Assembly: GCA_002633005.1 (NCBI GenBank)
Contig: NMRA01000358.1
Span: 311,213 to 375,212, forward strand
Origin: Phoronis australis
Taxonomy: Eukaryota > Animalia > Phoronida
DNA: 64,000 bases
Reading direction: 5' to 3'
Part shown: positions 1 through 12,632 of the stretch, in pieces
Layout: each line of letters opens with the position of its first letter
Position numbering within the stretch: the stretch's first letter is position 1
The notes under the pieces: generated by a model
The model's database searches: none
The model's input: only the letters and a program-made list of their open reading frames with translations
Told to the model about the DNA's origin: nothing
Program-made: the position numbers and the translations under genes

Positions 1-420
1 TAGTCACTTACTCGCCTCCTCTAGTCACTTACTCGCCTCCTCTAGTCACTTACTCGCCTCCTCTAGTCACTTACTCGCCTCCTCTAGTCACTTACTCGCC
101 TCCTCTAGTCACTTACTCGCCTCCTCTAGTCACTTACTCGCCTCCTTTAGTCACTTACTCGCCTCCTATAGTCACTTACTCGCCTCCTTTAGTCACTTAC
201 TCGCCTCCTTTAGTCCCTTATTCGCCTCCTCTAGTCACTTACTCGCTCCCTTTAGTCACTTACTCACCTCCTCTTGTCTCTTATTTGCCTCCTCTAGTCA
301 CTTACTCGCCTCGTTTAGTCACTTACAATCCTCCTGTAGTACCTTAGTCACCTCCTCTGGTCACTTACTTGCCTCCTTTGGTCAATTACTTGCCTCCTTT
401 AGTCACTTACAATCTCCTTT
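1..420. repeat. 21-bp minisatellite (TAGTCACTTACTCGCCTCCTC)n in an sdk intron, running off the window start
   Basis: About 20 tandem copies, near-perfect to ~240, then decaying. Confidence 0.95.
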
Positions 421-505
421 GGTTGCTTTAACAATTTAACCACCATCAACACTTTTGTTTAGTGTCCCAGCGTGCTTAATTATGTGTACGTGTGTGTTAT
501 TTCAG

Positions 506-3500
506 GTTAATCCCTAACTCTCAATATCAGTTCCGAATGTCAGCCACCAATGACAAAGGTACCAGTCCATTCAGTGCACTGTCATCTGCAATCGTCACGA
601 AACAAGCTGGTAAATATGAACTGGTTGTTAATATGTCTCATGTGTTGATGTTATGGATGTATGTGTACAGTTATTGAAAGTTGGCGATGTATCGGAGCAA
701 AAAAATTTCAACTGTTTCTCTTCTGATTTTCTGCTAATTGTTTGCTGAATTTTTTTCCTTTTTGGCCGTTCTCTGGTGATCACGTCATTAGCCGTGACAT
801 AGTTTCGTAGTTTCATCAAGTTGTGGGTGGCCTCACTAGGTATTGACACTAAATTGGTGTTCTCATAGTTGATGCCACGTGTCTGTGGCATAATAACTAT
901 GGTGCTGTATTTAATTGTGTCACTTAAGAAATGTAAGTCGCCTTGCTTTATTTCATACTCTTTGGCCGTTTATTGAAATGCTTATACTCTACTTTGCTCA
1001 TCTTGGCTTACTTTTACTGGCATAATACAAGCCCATAGTTTTCCATTATGGAATCTGGTGTTGATTGTTGAACAAATACAGAGGCACAGTAGGAGTTATT
1101 CACTACCTGTTATGATAAACAAAACAAAATAAGGAATTCAGTAACATACTCTTTCTTGCTTTGTTCATTTTTGAACATGTTGACTCTCTTTATCTCAAAG
1201 TAGTTGGTGTAAAAGTTCATCGCATTTCTTGGCTTTTGACATTCACCGTTTGTTGACCTGTTTGTCTACCTATTTTGGTCTAATACATGACATCTAGATG
1301 GGTTAAATCCTAAATTTCAAACTTTTTTGAAAACTACTGTAGGTGTGCCTTCTGGTTGAGATATTCAGCACAGCATTCGTTCTTGATATTTTCAGTAATA
1401 GGAGCTGATTGTCAGCATCAATGATTTGTATATTCTTATGACTGAAACTCCTAAAACGCCATCTACTCCATGTTCTGTGTTGCTGTTTATTTACTTTTTG
1501 AATTATGAGCTATGGAAATTAATTAGTTTGAAGAGAAACTGGTAATCTTTCTAACATTTAAAATTGATGAAATGCTTTGAAGACCCAGACATACAATTGA
1601 AGCAACTTGCTATTGCAGCTCCCAGTAGTGCTCCGGTAAACTTGAAGGTCACCCCGTACACACAGACATCGGTCAACATTACTTGGCAGGTAGGGCCTTG
1701 CTGTGAATTAGAAGTCGGGTCATTATGTAAACTGAATGGATGTCCTTTATCACTACTATTAGAGTATCAAATAGCTGTTAAGTATCATTTACCCCAAGAG
1801 AGAATAAGATGGTTATCTTATGTCCAGATACACGTACATCATTCATGTTTGTTTTACAATAATGTTTATGAGCTTATTTCCAGATAAATGTACTACATAC
1901 TTTGTTTTATAATGATGTTTCTTACCGTGTAGCCTCCGGCACAAGACACGTGGAATGGTCCTTTACAGGGCTACCGTGTTGAGTATACACACCGCCAGAT
2001 TTGGTCTAGTTGGCTGACTGTCCATCAGAGATCACCTAGTCTGCACCATGTCACCATATCGAACTTGACGTTGTATCAAACCTATGAGTTCAGAGTACAG
2101 GCTTACAATAAGGCTGGCAACAGTCCCTTTTCATCACTAGTTACCCTCCACTTGATGCTAGGTACGACACTTTACTGTGTTGGGGGCTGGGTATTAATGC
2201 TTCACATCAACCTGTGATCGCCTGGCTGAACACCGTAACCTGTGCACTGACCTTTTGACTTGTATGTTGCTCACTGCAGTGAGCTGATGACAGGTAATCA
2301 ACACCAGTTGTGTTATAGACAAAGCATTCATCCCCTGCCAACCTGTGCATACTCATGTTGTCTGGCTCTAACTCTGACGCCTTTGTTTTCACCAGCCTCC
2401 TCCACGAGACTCCTGGAACGGCCCCCTCTCTTCTTATCGCATTCAATATAAGGAGGAAAACTTTACCATTTTCCAAGAAAAGTATGTGACCTTCCCGAAC
2501 ACATCTGAGTCTCTGAAAGGCCTAACAAAGGGAGTTAATTATGAGGTCAAAGTTAATGCTCAAAACTCCCAAGGTCATGGACCATCCAGCAGGACAGTGG
2601 TTGTGTTTGTTGGTGAAGCGGGTAAGCTCTGCCTTCTTGTAATTGCCGCTAACAGCTTAGCCGTCTGTAATCATAACTAAAAAGCCGAGGATTTTAATGC
2701 TTCTTGTTTATGTTGTGTAAGGTGTTTGGGAACGTACAGCCTCACTAGGAACAAGTGTTCCAGTTTCAGGGTTTGACCACTGGCATTATATGCTTGTTTC
2801 CACATGAGTTTGGGCATTAACATAATTGATGCTGTGTTTGGACATAAACTTTATCGTGGCACAAACTGATAGAGGGCAAGATGGTGTGTTGTTTTGTGAC
2901 AATCGTAAACCAAATGCACCCTGTCGCAGTGGACTGCCCTGATTGGTGCTCTGCAGAACTTGATTTTTGTGTGCCCATGTCCTGTATATATTGCGTGGGT
3001 GCATATTGGTATCTTCCCAGTCTGACCATGCGGTGTCCGGTGATGTGTCTCCAAACTCTTCTCATGGATTTTAGTGGAATATTACAAACTTGGTCTTGTC
3101 ATGGATGGGATGACCCGTGCAAATTTTTAGACGGATTCGACTTCTGCTGTAACTCCTCTGGACAATTTCATATTTTGCGTTTGCCTCTATAGCTACTTAG
3201 ACGGATTCGACTTGTGTTGTGTCCCCCTGTCCCCTCAGAACAATTTCATATTTTGCATTTGCCTCTGTAGCTACGCAGCTCCTTTGCAGATTTTTGGGGA
3301 GTTTTACATATTTGTTTTTGGTACAGAAGCAACGAGACCTTCTCATGTCTGGTGAGTTCAATGTATTCTGTGTCGCACAGACAAATTTAAAGTGCGTGTC
3401 CACATATACATTATGTGGGTGCATAGTCATTGTCGTCATCTCTGTTTGAGCTTCCATCGTCTGCTGCTGTGTCCTAAAATTCCTGAAGGATGACATCAGA

Positions 3501-6500
3501 AGTAAATTATTATTCTGTCTATCTCATTTACTTAAACCCAAGATAAACATGACTAAAATTAGAGAGTCAAGGTTAACGTAATGCTTTCGAACACCATAGC
3601 CACTAGGCGCCAGTTTGAGGCTGGGCGCTTACGGAATTGTTTCCTTTTTAGGATTTCCCTATTCAGACGGTTCGTTGTCAGTTTGTGCCAAGTTGAGGTG
3701 TTTTATATTGCATGAAAACATTTATTGCAGCATCAAGACAATAGACAGTGTGAACATTATTCCTTGAATAATAGTTCCTAGCGATTTTCCTTTCAAGCAC
3801 AAGAGTAGTTATTTTGTTTTGAGCTCACAAGGCTGTTATTTTATGTATATAATTACACCAGGCTTATTAGTTGAATGTCCAGTTTCTAGCATTTAGCTGT
3901 AATTAATAACTCCTCTTAAGTACTGTCATGTTCGAATGGCTGAGTGGAAGTGATTTTCTTGCTGCCGTTTTAGCGGAGTCTGCTGGGCTAACCACTCAAG
4001 TTAAGTAGCATGCGTAAGGCAACCATTTTGTGTCTGTCATTCATGTTTTTGAAAAGTATCAGACAGCGTATTTAACCTTCATATAACTGGAAGTTAATTG
4101 ATAAACATAAACTTGTACAATCGTGTGTTGTCTTCTGACACTTGTGTATCATGTGTTCACCTCCACATCTTTTCTCAGTCCCTACAGCTGCACCAATGAA
4201 TGTCAAGTTAGAGGGAATCAACTCTACCAAAGTACAGCTATCATGGGAACCACCGCCACCTAGTGGCCAGAATGGCAAAATACTGGGCTATAAAGTAAGC
4301 ACCGCTTGCTTAGAAGCAGCTTATTATTGAGTGAAGGAATACAGTTCAACCTAAATACACTTTATACTTGTATCTTTCTCTTGAACAGCTGGTATGAAAT
4401 ATAGAATTGATTTGGATGGCTAGCAAAAGTTTGAATCCATTGTTTCTACAACTTATAAAACTATGTACTTAGATACATTTACATAGTAATGATTTTTTAA
4501 CAACTTCATTTTTGATGATAAAATTGCATTTTGCCCTGTTTAGCCGGCTAAAAACAAATTTGCTCTCTTGACCTTCGTACCATGAAGCACACTTATAGGT
4601 TGAGCAAGTCTGGACCTACTTACCACAAAGCACACTATAGGTCTACCAAGCCTTGACCTACTTGTCACAAAGTGCTCGGAATCACTCTTCCTCTCTCACT
4701 GACCACTACTGGGTGACGTGTTATGGTGTATTTACTGCGAATCACATTGAACCACGCTTTCTTCCAGATTTACTACTGGGTGACATCGTACGGTCGTGAG
4801 AATGCCGTTCTGGAGATGGCCGAAGCAACTGACCGTACATACTCTCTGTCTGGTCTGCACATCTACACTCCGTATACTGCTGTGATACTGGCCTTCAACT
4901 TAGCTGGTGACGGGCCTAACTGTACTCAAGTATCAGCCAGGACCCGTGAAGGAGGTACCACCTGTACTATCCTCTGCTTCACTGCACCCTTGTTTGGATT
5001 ATTGTACAGTCCTGCCCTCTCTAGTTTACTTCTTGATCCGTAGTATATATCTTCATTGTGCTCATTCTCCTGTCACTATCCGCGGCGCTTTAATTTATGT
5101 AATGCTCATATTTATGCCTTAAGATAGGTAATGATCATGTCAGCGCCTTTGTACTGCTCATGAACAATTTCAGGGATTTGTGTTTTCATACCACCATACC
5201 AGATAGAAATAAATCTGTCCTCAAGCTGGCTAGTGGTTCTTGTTGTAAGTAATATCGCCCCCTTTACCTTCTCTTACCCTCTGTCTGTCTTGTCTTGCAG
5301 CCCCTGGTCCACCTGGCCAGCTGAGTTTCCGAGATGTTACAATGACGTCACTGAGAGTTAGGTGGACTAAACCTGCACAGGCTAATGGCAACATCACAAA
5401 GTATTATGTGCTTTATTACCAGCAACAGGAAGTGGATGGTAAGTTGAGTGTCTGCTGTGTGTGTTGCTAGATAAGTGACAAGGATTGCTTAAATTTCATA
5501 GTTAACACAGGCACCTGGTTATCTTGGAGGAACATTGTTCCAAGTCAATTACTGCTCCAATGGCCAGTAATTATTATTTATTATGCACAGAAGAGGAGTA
5601 TGTGACATGGTTAGCCTAGCAAAAAGTCCATATTTTGATTTTGCATTCACTTCTTTGAGCAAACAATATCCTACTCATTGTTAAACACAATCCATGTCAG
5701 TCACATGTAGTTCCTCGCGTCAGTGGATGTGGGTGCTGAAACAAGATGCAGGCCCTCTGTCAGGCCATTTACCTGTCAGTTCCTATTGTTGCAATAATAG
5801 TAAATACACTCCAAGGGAACGGCAATGAATACAATAAAATGCCTCCATCAAAATCAGTGCTTTCTCTGTTCATGATGTCAAAGCACTTACACCGGCAACA
5901 TGATTAGAAGTTTGCTGACAGATTTTGAATGTAATGTTAATAGTAGCGTTGTGTTCGGTATATGTACTTTGTTCATTGCTTGTCTACTTTGCAGGTGAAA
6001 CCAAGAATGTTGAGGTGGAGGTGACTGGAAGCAAGCTGTATTATGTTGCCACTGACCTGAAAGAGTATGTGAAATATGGCTTCAAGGTGTCGGCCAGTAC
6101 AGTTGTGGACAGAGGTCCCTATACAGAGGGGAACATTACCACTGGGCCTCAGGAAGGTAAGCTATTGTTAATGAATGGAGCAGCAGCTCAGGGAGTTTGG
6201 TGCCTCGGCTTATTGTCACAGTGATCTGTAAAATGAGATGCACAGATCTCAGTGTGAGCAACATGATTGTTTACTGTTAGTAGGCAGAGACTGTGGTTCC
6301 TTCTTTTTAACCTTTCATTGTATCTATTAAGCAGTTCCCATGCTGATTCTTCAGGCTGCTGCAAATGGAGAGCTATGCGCCTCGAATGCAAATGAGCATA
6401 ACCCATAGCTCAAGTCAGAGTCAAATGTGAGGATTTTGCCTGGCAGGTCTTATTTTTTGGATTTCTTATACACGAGTAAATCCTTACAGCATATGGGCGA

Positions 6501-9500
6501 GGTGAGCTATGTACTATATCAATTTATTATTGTCACAGTATCTCTTAACAGTAACATGTTTCTATCTCTCTCTCTCCCTTTCTGTCTCTCTCTCTTGCTC
6601 ATTGTATCCTGGTGCAGTACATTTATACTCGTTGTCTGTTTACTATGAATGTAGTGTAGAGGTCAGTGAGTATTTTTCCTGGCTGAGTGAAGATAACCAG
6701 TTTCATCGTTCATCCCAGTGGAAAGGTGCTTGTGACTTCTAAGAAGGGGAATTTTTTTTTTGGTGTGGAAAATTCTACCTTCTGATCACCATCAATAGCA
6801 CCCCTCATTATGTTGCAAGCCCTCATGTTCTCTGCCTCAAGGAGCCAAAACTTAACATTTTGTGCTCTTTCAAATTGTCACTAGTTTGGGTTACAAGTGA
6901 TTCAAACCTCAAGGAGAATTTTCGATCACTTGAATGGGATTTGTGTTCCACGTGAGGGAATTTCGCATGATTTTTCAAAAATTTTTAAAGGGGAATGGGG
7001 CTGATATTCGGCCACAAAACTAAGTTATTGAGGGCACAGGTAACTTGCATCGAGCATTGAGCCGAGTTGTAGGTCACTTGGGGTCTTCAGCTGAGCTTGT
7101 AACTTTCTGTTTGCGATGACCCATAGCCTAATTATGCTTTCTACAGGTTCTCCTGAGCCGCCCATCAACCCAAGCTTCATCCCTGGTGACAACTCTATCA
7201 CCCTACAGTGGAAGGTAGGCAGTCCTGGAGCCTCTCCCATCAAGGGTTACGTGATTCAAGCTAAGGCTCAAGGTAAGTACTGCTTGTACTGTTACTGTGT
7301 CAGTCAGATTACACGAACACAATAGGTGATCAGCAGACAACCAGTAGTGTCACTGTTGACAACATACTTTTTATGCAATTCTTATTTTTTCACAATGATA
7401 CTGATAGGAAACATCATTGTGAGAGTACAAACCTGACCTCTGCATGACCCAATTCTGATGGTCAAGACAGACAGAATTAACGGAAACAAAGTGTTATTTC
7501 TTTCATTCACGGAAAATTTTGATAATGTTCATGAAATTTGGCAATGAGTAAAGGACGATTGAATAATTATGTACACATGGGTTGGATTGATGCTGTGCTA
7601 TGTGGTGGCACCACCTGGTGGCTAGGAATTAGTTTTGTGTTGCCCCTCTATCTGTTAAAGGTCTTTCAGTGTATGTTTGTACTGGGGGATGGCAGAGTGA
7701 CCCCTGTTAAACATCTTTTGTGCCCGTTTGTATTGGGTACGGCAGAGCCACTACCAGTGCGCCCCCTTGAGGCACATTTACTTTGAAATTCCTAGTGTGA
7801 CTGCTGCTTGAGGAATGTGAAATACTGATCACGTCTGCTTTTAGCTCATTTGTTTGTGTTGCACACAGGAGGTGATGCCAACATTGGGCTGTTATTGTGT
7901 AACATTGTGAAAGATCTCTGCAGTCACGGTACATGTTTTCTCTCTTTCTGTTATATGTGGTCAGAGACTAGTCCTGTGCAGCTACCTATTCAGCGAAGAG
8001 GCTGATAGTTAAGTCACTGTACTCTCTAGCAAAAGGTCAGAAAAATGTCAAGTCCATAATGGGTCATTGGTGTTATATAATGATTCCACACCAGGCTTGC
8101 TTTGGAGATTAAAATTTGATGTGCTCATGGTAATACTAAATACGCTTATAAAGCTTGCCTGTATTGTTACAGACTCTAGCACTTGGACAACAATAACACA
8201 GACTAGTACTGCAGAACCAAGTGTAGTCATCAGCTACCTTAACCTCCGACCTAACACCTACTATACATTTAGAGTGATAGCATTCAACAGCCAAGGTATC
8301 AGCTATCCCAGTGTTGCTAAGGAACAGATAAGGACTCCCGGTAAGTCTCTGCTCAAAATGATTGTTCATCAGGCTTTCAGCAAAAAGAAATCGCAAAATT
8401 TTCTGTGATTTGTGTCCTCATAGATGACCTTAAGAATGTTGAAAAAATCAGAGAAATGTGCATCTTTAAAATCACTCAATTTTAATGGGTATTTTTGAGA
8501 GTATTTCCTTCCTATAGTTCCCTACAGTGTGACTTGCATTTGCCCATTATTTTATGTCTGTCTGTCTCTGTATTGGAGCACTCTTGTTGTTTACGTAGAT
8601 GGCAAGCAGTTCAAGAACTTGGAGTTTATTTTTGAAACTGGTATTAAGGCATTTAATTCTAGTTTAGTACTGTTGTTCACTCACATTTATTTATTAGACT
8701 GAATTCGTAGTTTTGTTGTCATTACGTTGTCTGTCTCTTGTATAATTTGTTGGTTATCACAGTTTAAATTTTATTGTGTGCTGGTCTGATTTTCTCTGTC
8801 TACATCAAACATCACTATGTCAAGGATATACTGCTGTAGATGTCTGTGTTGGGCCTCAAGCTGAGTGTGGCCACCTAAAATGAAACGGGGTGGGCATTTA
8901 TCCTAACAGTCAAATGCTTTCACCATCTTTGCACATAAGTAGCATAATGTTAAAATGGTCATAAGCCAAAAGAGCCACGCCATGTCTAATTCAACAAAAT
9001 TTGACACCTGAATATGGCAAGGTGCTGTTGATACTAAATATTCGTTATCCAAATGTAGGTTATGACTACATTTTTTGGATTGAAAATTGTCTTGAGACAA
9101 GTGTCCACAAAGCCATTAAAACTTTTAAGGAAGTCTTGGTTGTTTAAACTAGGGCTGATTGCTAAGCCGATGATGTGCCTACAGAAGTGTTAAAAAATTT
9201 CATGGGTGAGCATGAAACCAATTGTGGGCATTATCGCAGACAAGTACAGTTGTTGATCTCAGCTGAATATACACATCTGCATATACGAGCTTAAAGTGAA
9301 AGAAGTTCACCTTCTTAACATTTCACTAGGTCTATTTTATTCAATTTTGTTTTGTTCAATTGTTATCTAATAAGAGTTTTCAGATATAAAACATCTGTGA
9401 GTGTCAGTGCGTATGACTTATAGAAGTTTGGCCTCGTCGGCAACTCAAGGTGTGACAGCACCCCCTAATTTTCGGACAAATGGCACTGATGCTGTGCCTT

Positions 9501-12500
9501 GTAATGGCAATTATGCTTGACTGATGTTCGTTGAAGTTGGCAGATGTTTTCATTTAAATGCCAATTTTTGGATGACGGCTATTCTAATTGTTTGCTCTAT
9601 TTCAGACTACTCCACACAGGCTGAGTTCTACCATCAATGGTGGTTCCTTGTCATTGTGGCTCTAGCGGGCACCATTCTCATCATCTCTACCATTGCTCTT
9701 CTCTGTTTTGTGAGCAGGAAGGCATCCAAAGGTTAGTGATTACTACAGACACAGTTTACGGACAAAATGAAGATGTCAACTGACCCAGGAGCCGATGTGA
9801 CCGGTGTTTGGCGGTCCGTTAACCGTGTTTCCTCGTGAATATGAGTCCGTGTTTCGTGTATTTGGGTGTGTGGATCGTGTTTTGTTAGTCCGTTCCCGTG
9901 TTTGTGAGTCGGTGGACGGTGTTTGCAGGTCCGTGAGTCGTGTTCATGTGTCCGTGCCCGTGTTTATGAGTCCGTTGACCGTGTAGTATAGGTACTTTGG
10001 TAATGGCAGTGTGCAAAACAAGTGGTGAATTACCGTACTAACATCACAGCTGTTGGCTGTGCAACAGACCAACAGGTGTTGCACGTGTCCGGCCAAGTCA
10101 CTCTGTAACATCGTTGTTCGAGATAAAGTGTTGTGCAGAGTAGGCAATTTTGAGTTTTCCTGACTACTTTAATATGTGGTGAGCTATGTCATGTACACCT
10201 TTAACCCATATTCACTTCATGGTTTTTCTGTTGCCTTCAAAGACTTGCTTTATGCTGACTGGGCATTATGTTTCTCTTCTGTGTGTGTTGATGCTGACTG
10301 GCCAGTAGATGTTTACTCCTGTATGTATTGATGCTGACTGGCCAGTGTATATCACTTCTGTCTGTATTGATGCTGACTGGCTGGTAGATATCACACCAGT
10401 CCTGTATGTAATGTCTGCTTCATCGTATTGTCTTACAGAGGCACTGCGCTTAAAGTCGAATGAAGAAGTGGGCAATGCAGTGGATGAGGGCGGTTTCAAC
10501 ACATTTGAGTTAAGACGGTCACAAAGGGCTCAAAGTTCACGTGGCGCATCGTCATCTCGCCACAATGGTACCATACCTGTCAGGTAATAATACTGTGAGT
10601 CACTTTCTGGTGGCAAACTTTCCGTACTACTCCATAAATAATGAGGGTGATATGCTGCCTACACTATAGTTAATGACTTAAATTATTTGTAATATATCCA
10701 GTACGTTGTTTTCTTTCTTTGTTTTTCCCCATATTGACTTAGTCAGGGCGTGAAACAGTTGACCTACGCTATCCTGTTAACCAGTACATTTGTTGAGCAT
10801 GAATATACCTTGTACCTGTATCTCCTTCCTCATGCTCTCCAATTATTTTCTAACACACTTCTTTTGTGTTATGAAGCTTTTATGCACCCACCACAATGTG
10901 GGTGCATTATGCCGTCGCCTGCAGCTGTACCTTTGAAACCCTTTGGTGGATTTTTGGGGAGTTTTACTGACAAGGTTTCTAATTGTGAGTGAGACGGCAT
11001 GCTCAAATTTGTGGACAGATTCTGCTAACGTTGAGCCTTCCTAGTGAGAGTTTATGTTTGCCTTGACGAATTTTCATGAAACTGGCAAGTAAACTATTAA
11101 AGAGACGACACCGCTTTCTGGTTTTTTGATGGATCTGAAGTATTATGTGCAATCCAATATTCTTTTACTGTACAGCTTTGAGTCAGTTTTTTGGGATCCA
11201 CTTCTATCGGCCAAACCACTCTTAGGATGATGGTGAAAATTGGTATATGTGTTCCTATTCAGAAGAAGATTGCTGACAATTTCTGGACTACTTCGGCACT
11301 GTCCAAGAATTTTTGCTTCTGCAGATATATTTCATGAAACTCGCAAAACAACATTGTTAAATTTGGTAGCTTTATTTCTATAAAAGTGGCACTAGATGGC
11401 GATGGCATTTGGAGGGATCAGACTTCCAGTGTGCCCCTTAGTTTCAAATTTTTACCATTTTCTCTGTATTGTTAGAGTTATGTGATGGGTTTTTATGAAA
11501 TTTTGTTGATAAGTTTTTAGTGATGCGACTTCCTATTTTTGTATAGTGGCCATTTTCATCATTTCCGAGTCTATTTTAGGTGTCTGTTCCTCTATCCAAC
11601 TACTCAGTCTGAGGATCCCAAGCTTATCTCCTTCTCTCACTGGAGTTTGGCAACGGGTTTGACCTGCAAGTTGTGAATGAACAGTGATAGATTTAGTGTG
11701 TGGCAGGTATTTGTTATTCATAATGTTTGCATCATTATGTTGTAGGCACCCTACCAGGCCTAGCTCTCTTACTTACTCCGAGGATGAGAAACCTCCCAAG
11801 TACCCTAGCAGTAGTAGTGCTGATGACGATGAGAAGCCTTCTGACCTAGACTCACCCTCTGAGTCTGAGGTAAGCGTCTTATACAACCGAAATACCTGAC
11901 TTATATTGTAAACTCACCTTATGAGTCAAGCCAACCTTTTCTGCTCGCATATTTGATTCTCAACTCTCACTATGCAGTTTTCTCCTACAATCAGACAGAC
12001 AATTGTTGAAAAGTGTGTGTTGACTCATTACTAAAACCTGGGGTATGAGTGCTGGGTTTTACTTGTGAACAGCATTCTTGGCTTAGCACTGTCTAGTGAG
12101 ACTTAGTTAGTGTTTGACTTAATTGTTATCTGAGCACTGCCTAGTTTGACCTATTTAGTGTTAATTGTTATCTGAGCACTGCTTAATCTGACTTAATGTT
12201 AAAGGTGCACTTCCTTGTCTGGACTGGTTAGTGTTAATGGTTATCTAAGCTCTGTCTGCTCTGGCCTGTTAACAGTAAACTGTGCACTGCGTAGTCGGAC
12301 TTAGTCAGTGTTAACGGTGAACTACGTACTGTCCAGTATGAAGACTGCAGTGTCAGCGTACACTGTTATTTACGTAATTTATGCTGTTATAGGTGAGCGA
12401 GACTGAACCTGAAAGTGAAGATGAGACAAAGAACACAACCACATCTTTTACAAATCACTATGTTAATGCTCCTGTGAGTCAGACGTGGAAGTCACAGAAC

Positions 12501-12632
12501 TCTGCTAATGCCTACGCTTACACAGACTCTGAACAGGAGAGTCAATATGCAGTTAGTTTGAATGGACACGTTATTATGAACAACACAGCTGGCTCACGTG
12601 CGCCCTTACCGGGATTTTCATCATTTGTGTAA
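506..12632 (+). CDS. sdk: Protein sidekick (Ig/FN3 adhesion receptor), 3' part: last FN3 repeats, TM helix, cytoplasmic tail; 5' end outside the window
   Basis: In-frame GT-AG exons: 506-609, 1619-1689, [1933-2161 OR 2396-2621], 4179-4294, 4768-4954, 5301-5438, 5995-6156, 7147-7272, 8173-8340, 9606-9731 (TM: FYHQWWFLVIVALAGTILII), 10439-10583, 11746-11869, 12393-12632. Sidekick hallmarks VFVGEA|VPTAAP, AFNLAGDGP, NHYVN, YTDSE and the terminal PDZ-binding ...NNTAGSRAPLPGFSSFV*. Confidence 0.95.
1933..2161 (+). CDS. sdk: sdk alternative FN3 exon, variant A (229 nt, phase 0 to 1)
   Basis: Acceptor gtgtag at 1932, donor gtacga at 2162; open frame PPAQDTWNGPLQGYRVEYTHRQ...SNLTLYQTYEFRVQAYNKAGNSPFS with FN3 core residues intact. 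Missed by the ORF track. Confidence 0.8.
2396..2621 (+). CDS. sdk: sdk alternative FN3 exon, variant B (226 nt, phase 0 to 1), canonical Sidekick-type
   Basis: Acceptor ttcaccag at 2395, donor gtaagc at 2622; PPPRDSWNGPLSSYRIQYKEE...KGLTKGVNYEVKVNAQNSQGHGPSSRTVVVFVGEA. Confidence 0.9.
9741..9988. mobile_element. Short non-autonomous element with ~21-bp GTCCGT-containing subterminal repeats
   Basis: Imperfect inverted ends TACTACA..TTTACGGAC / GTCCGTTGACCGTGTAGTA; periodic GTCCGT/CGTGTT; starts 10 bp after the TM exon donor. Confidence 0.5.
10250..10400. repeat. ~40-bp degenerate tandem repeat with ATGCTGACTGG core, 4 copies
   Basis: Core at ~10252, 10291, 10331, 10370. Confidence 0.75.
12080..12350. 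repeat. Degenerate ~43-bp tandem repeat in last sdk intron
   Basis: Recurring GCACTG..TAGT..GACTTAG..AGTGTTAA units. Confidence 0.55.

Noticed and set aside
1-420. Telomeric or coding repeat
   Set aside because: The 21-bp unit is not telomeric and lies upstream of an sdk acceptor; treated as an intronic minisatellite.
2622-4178. Third alternative FN3 exon
   Set aside because: No WNG..Y / L...Y.. FN3 pattern with splice sites found; only a short local duplication (TTAGACGGATTCGACTT at ~3128 and ~3197).
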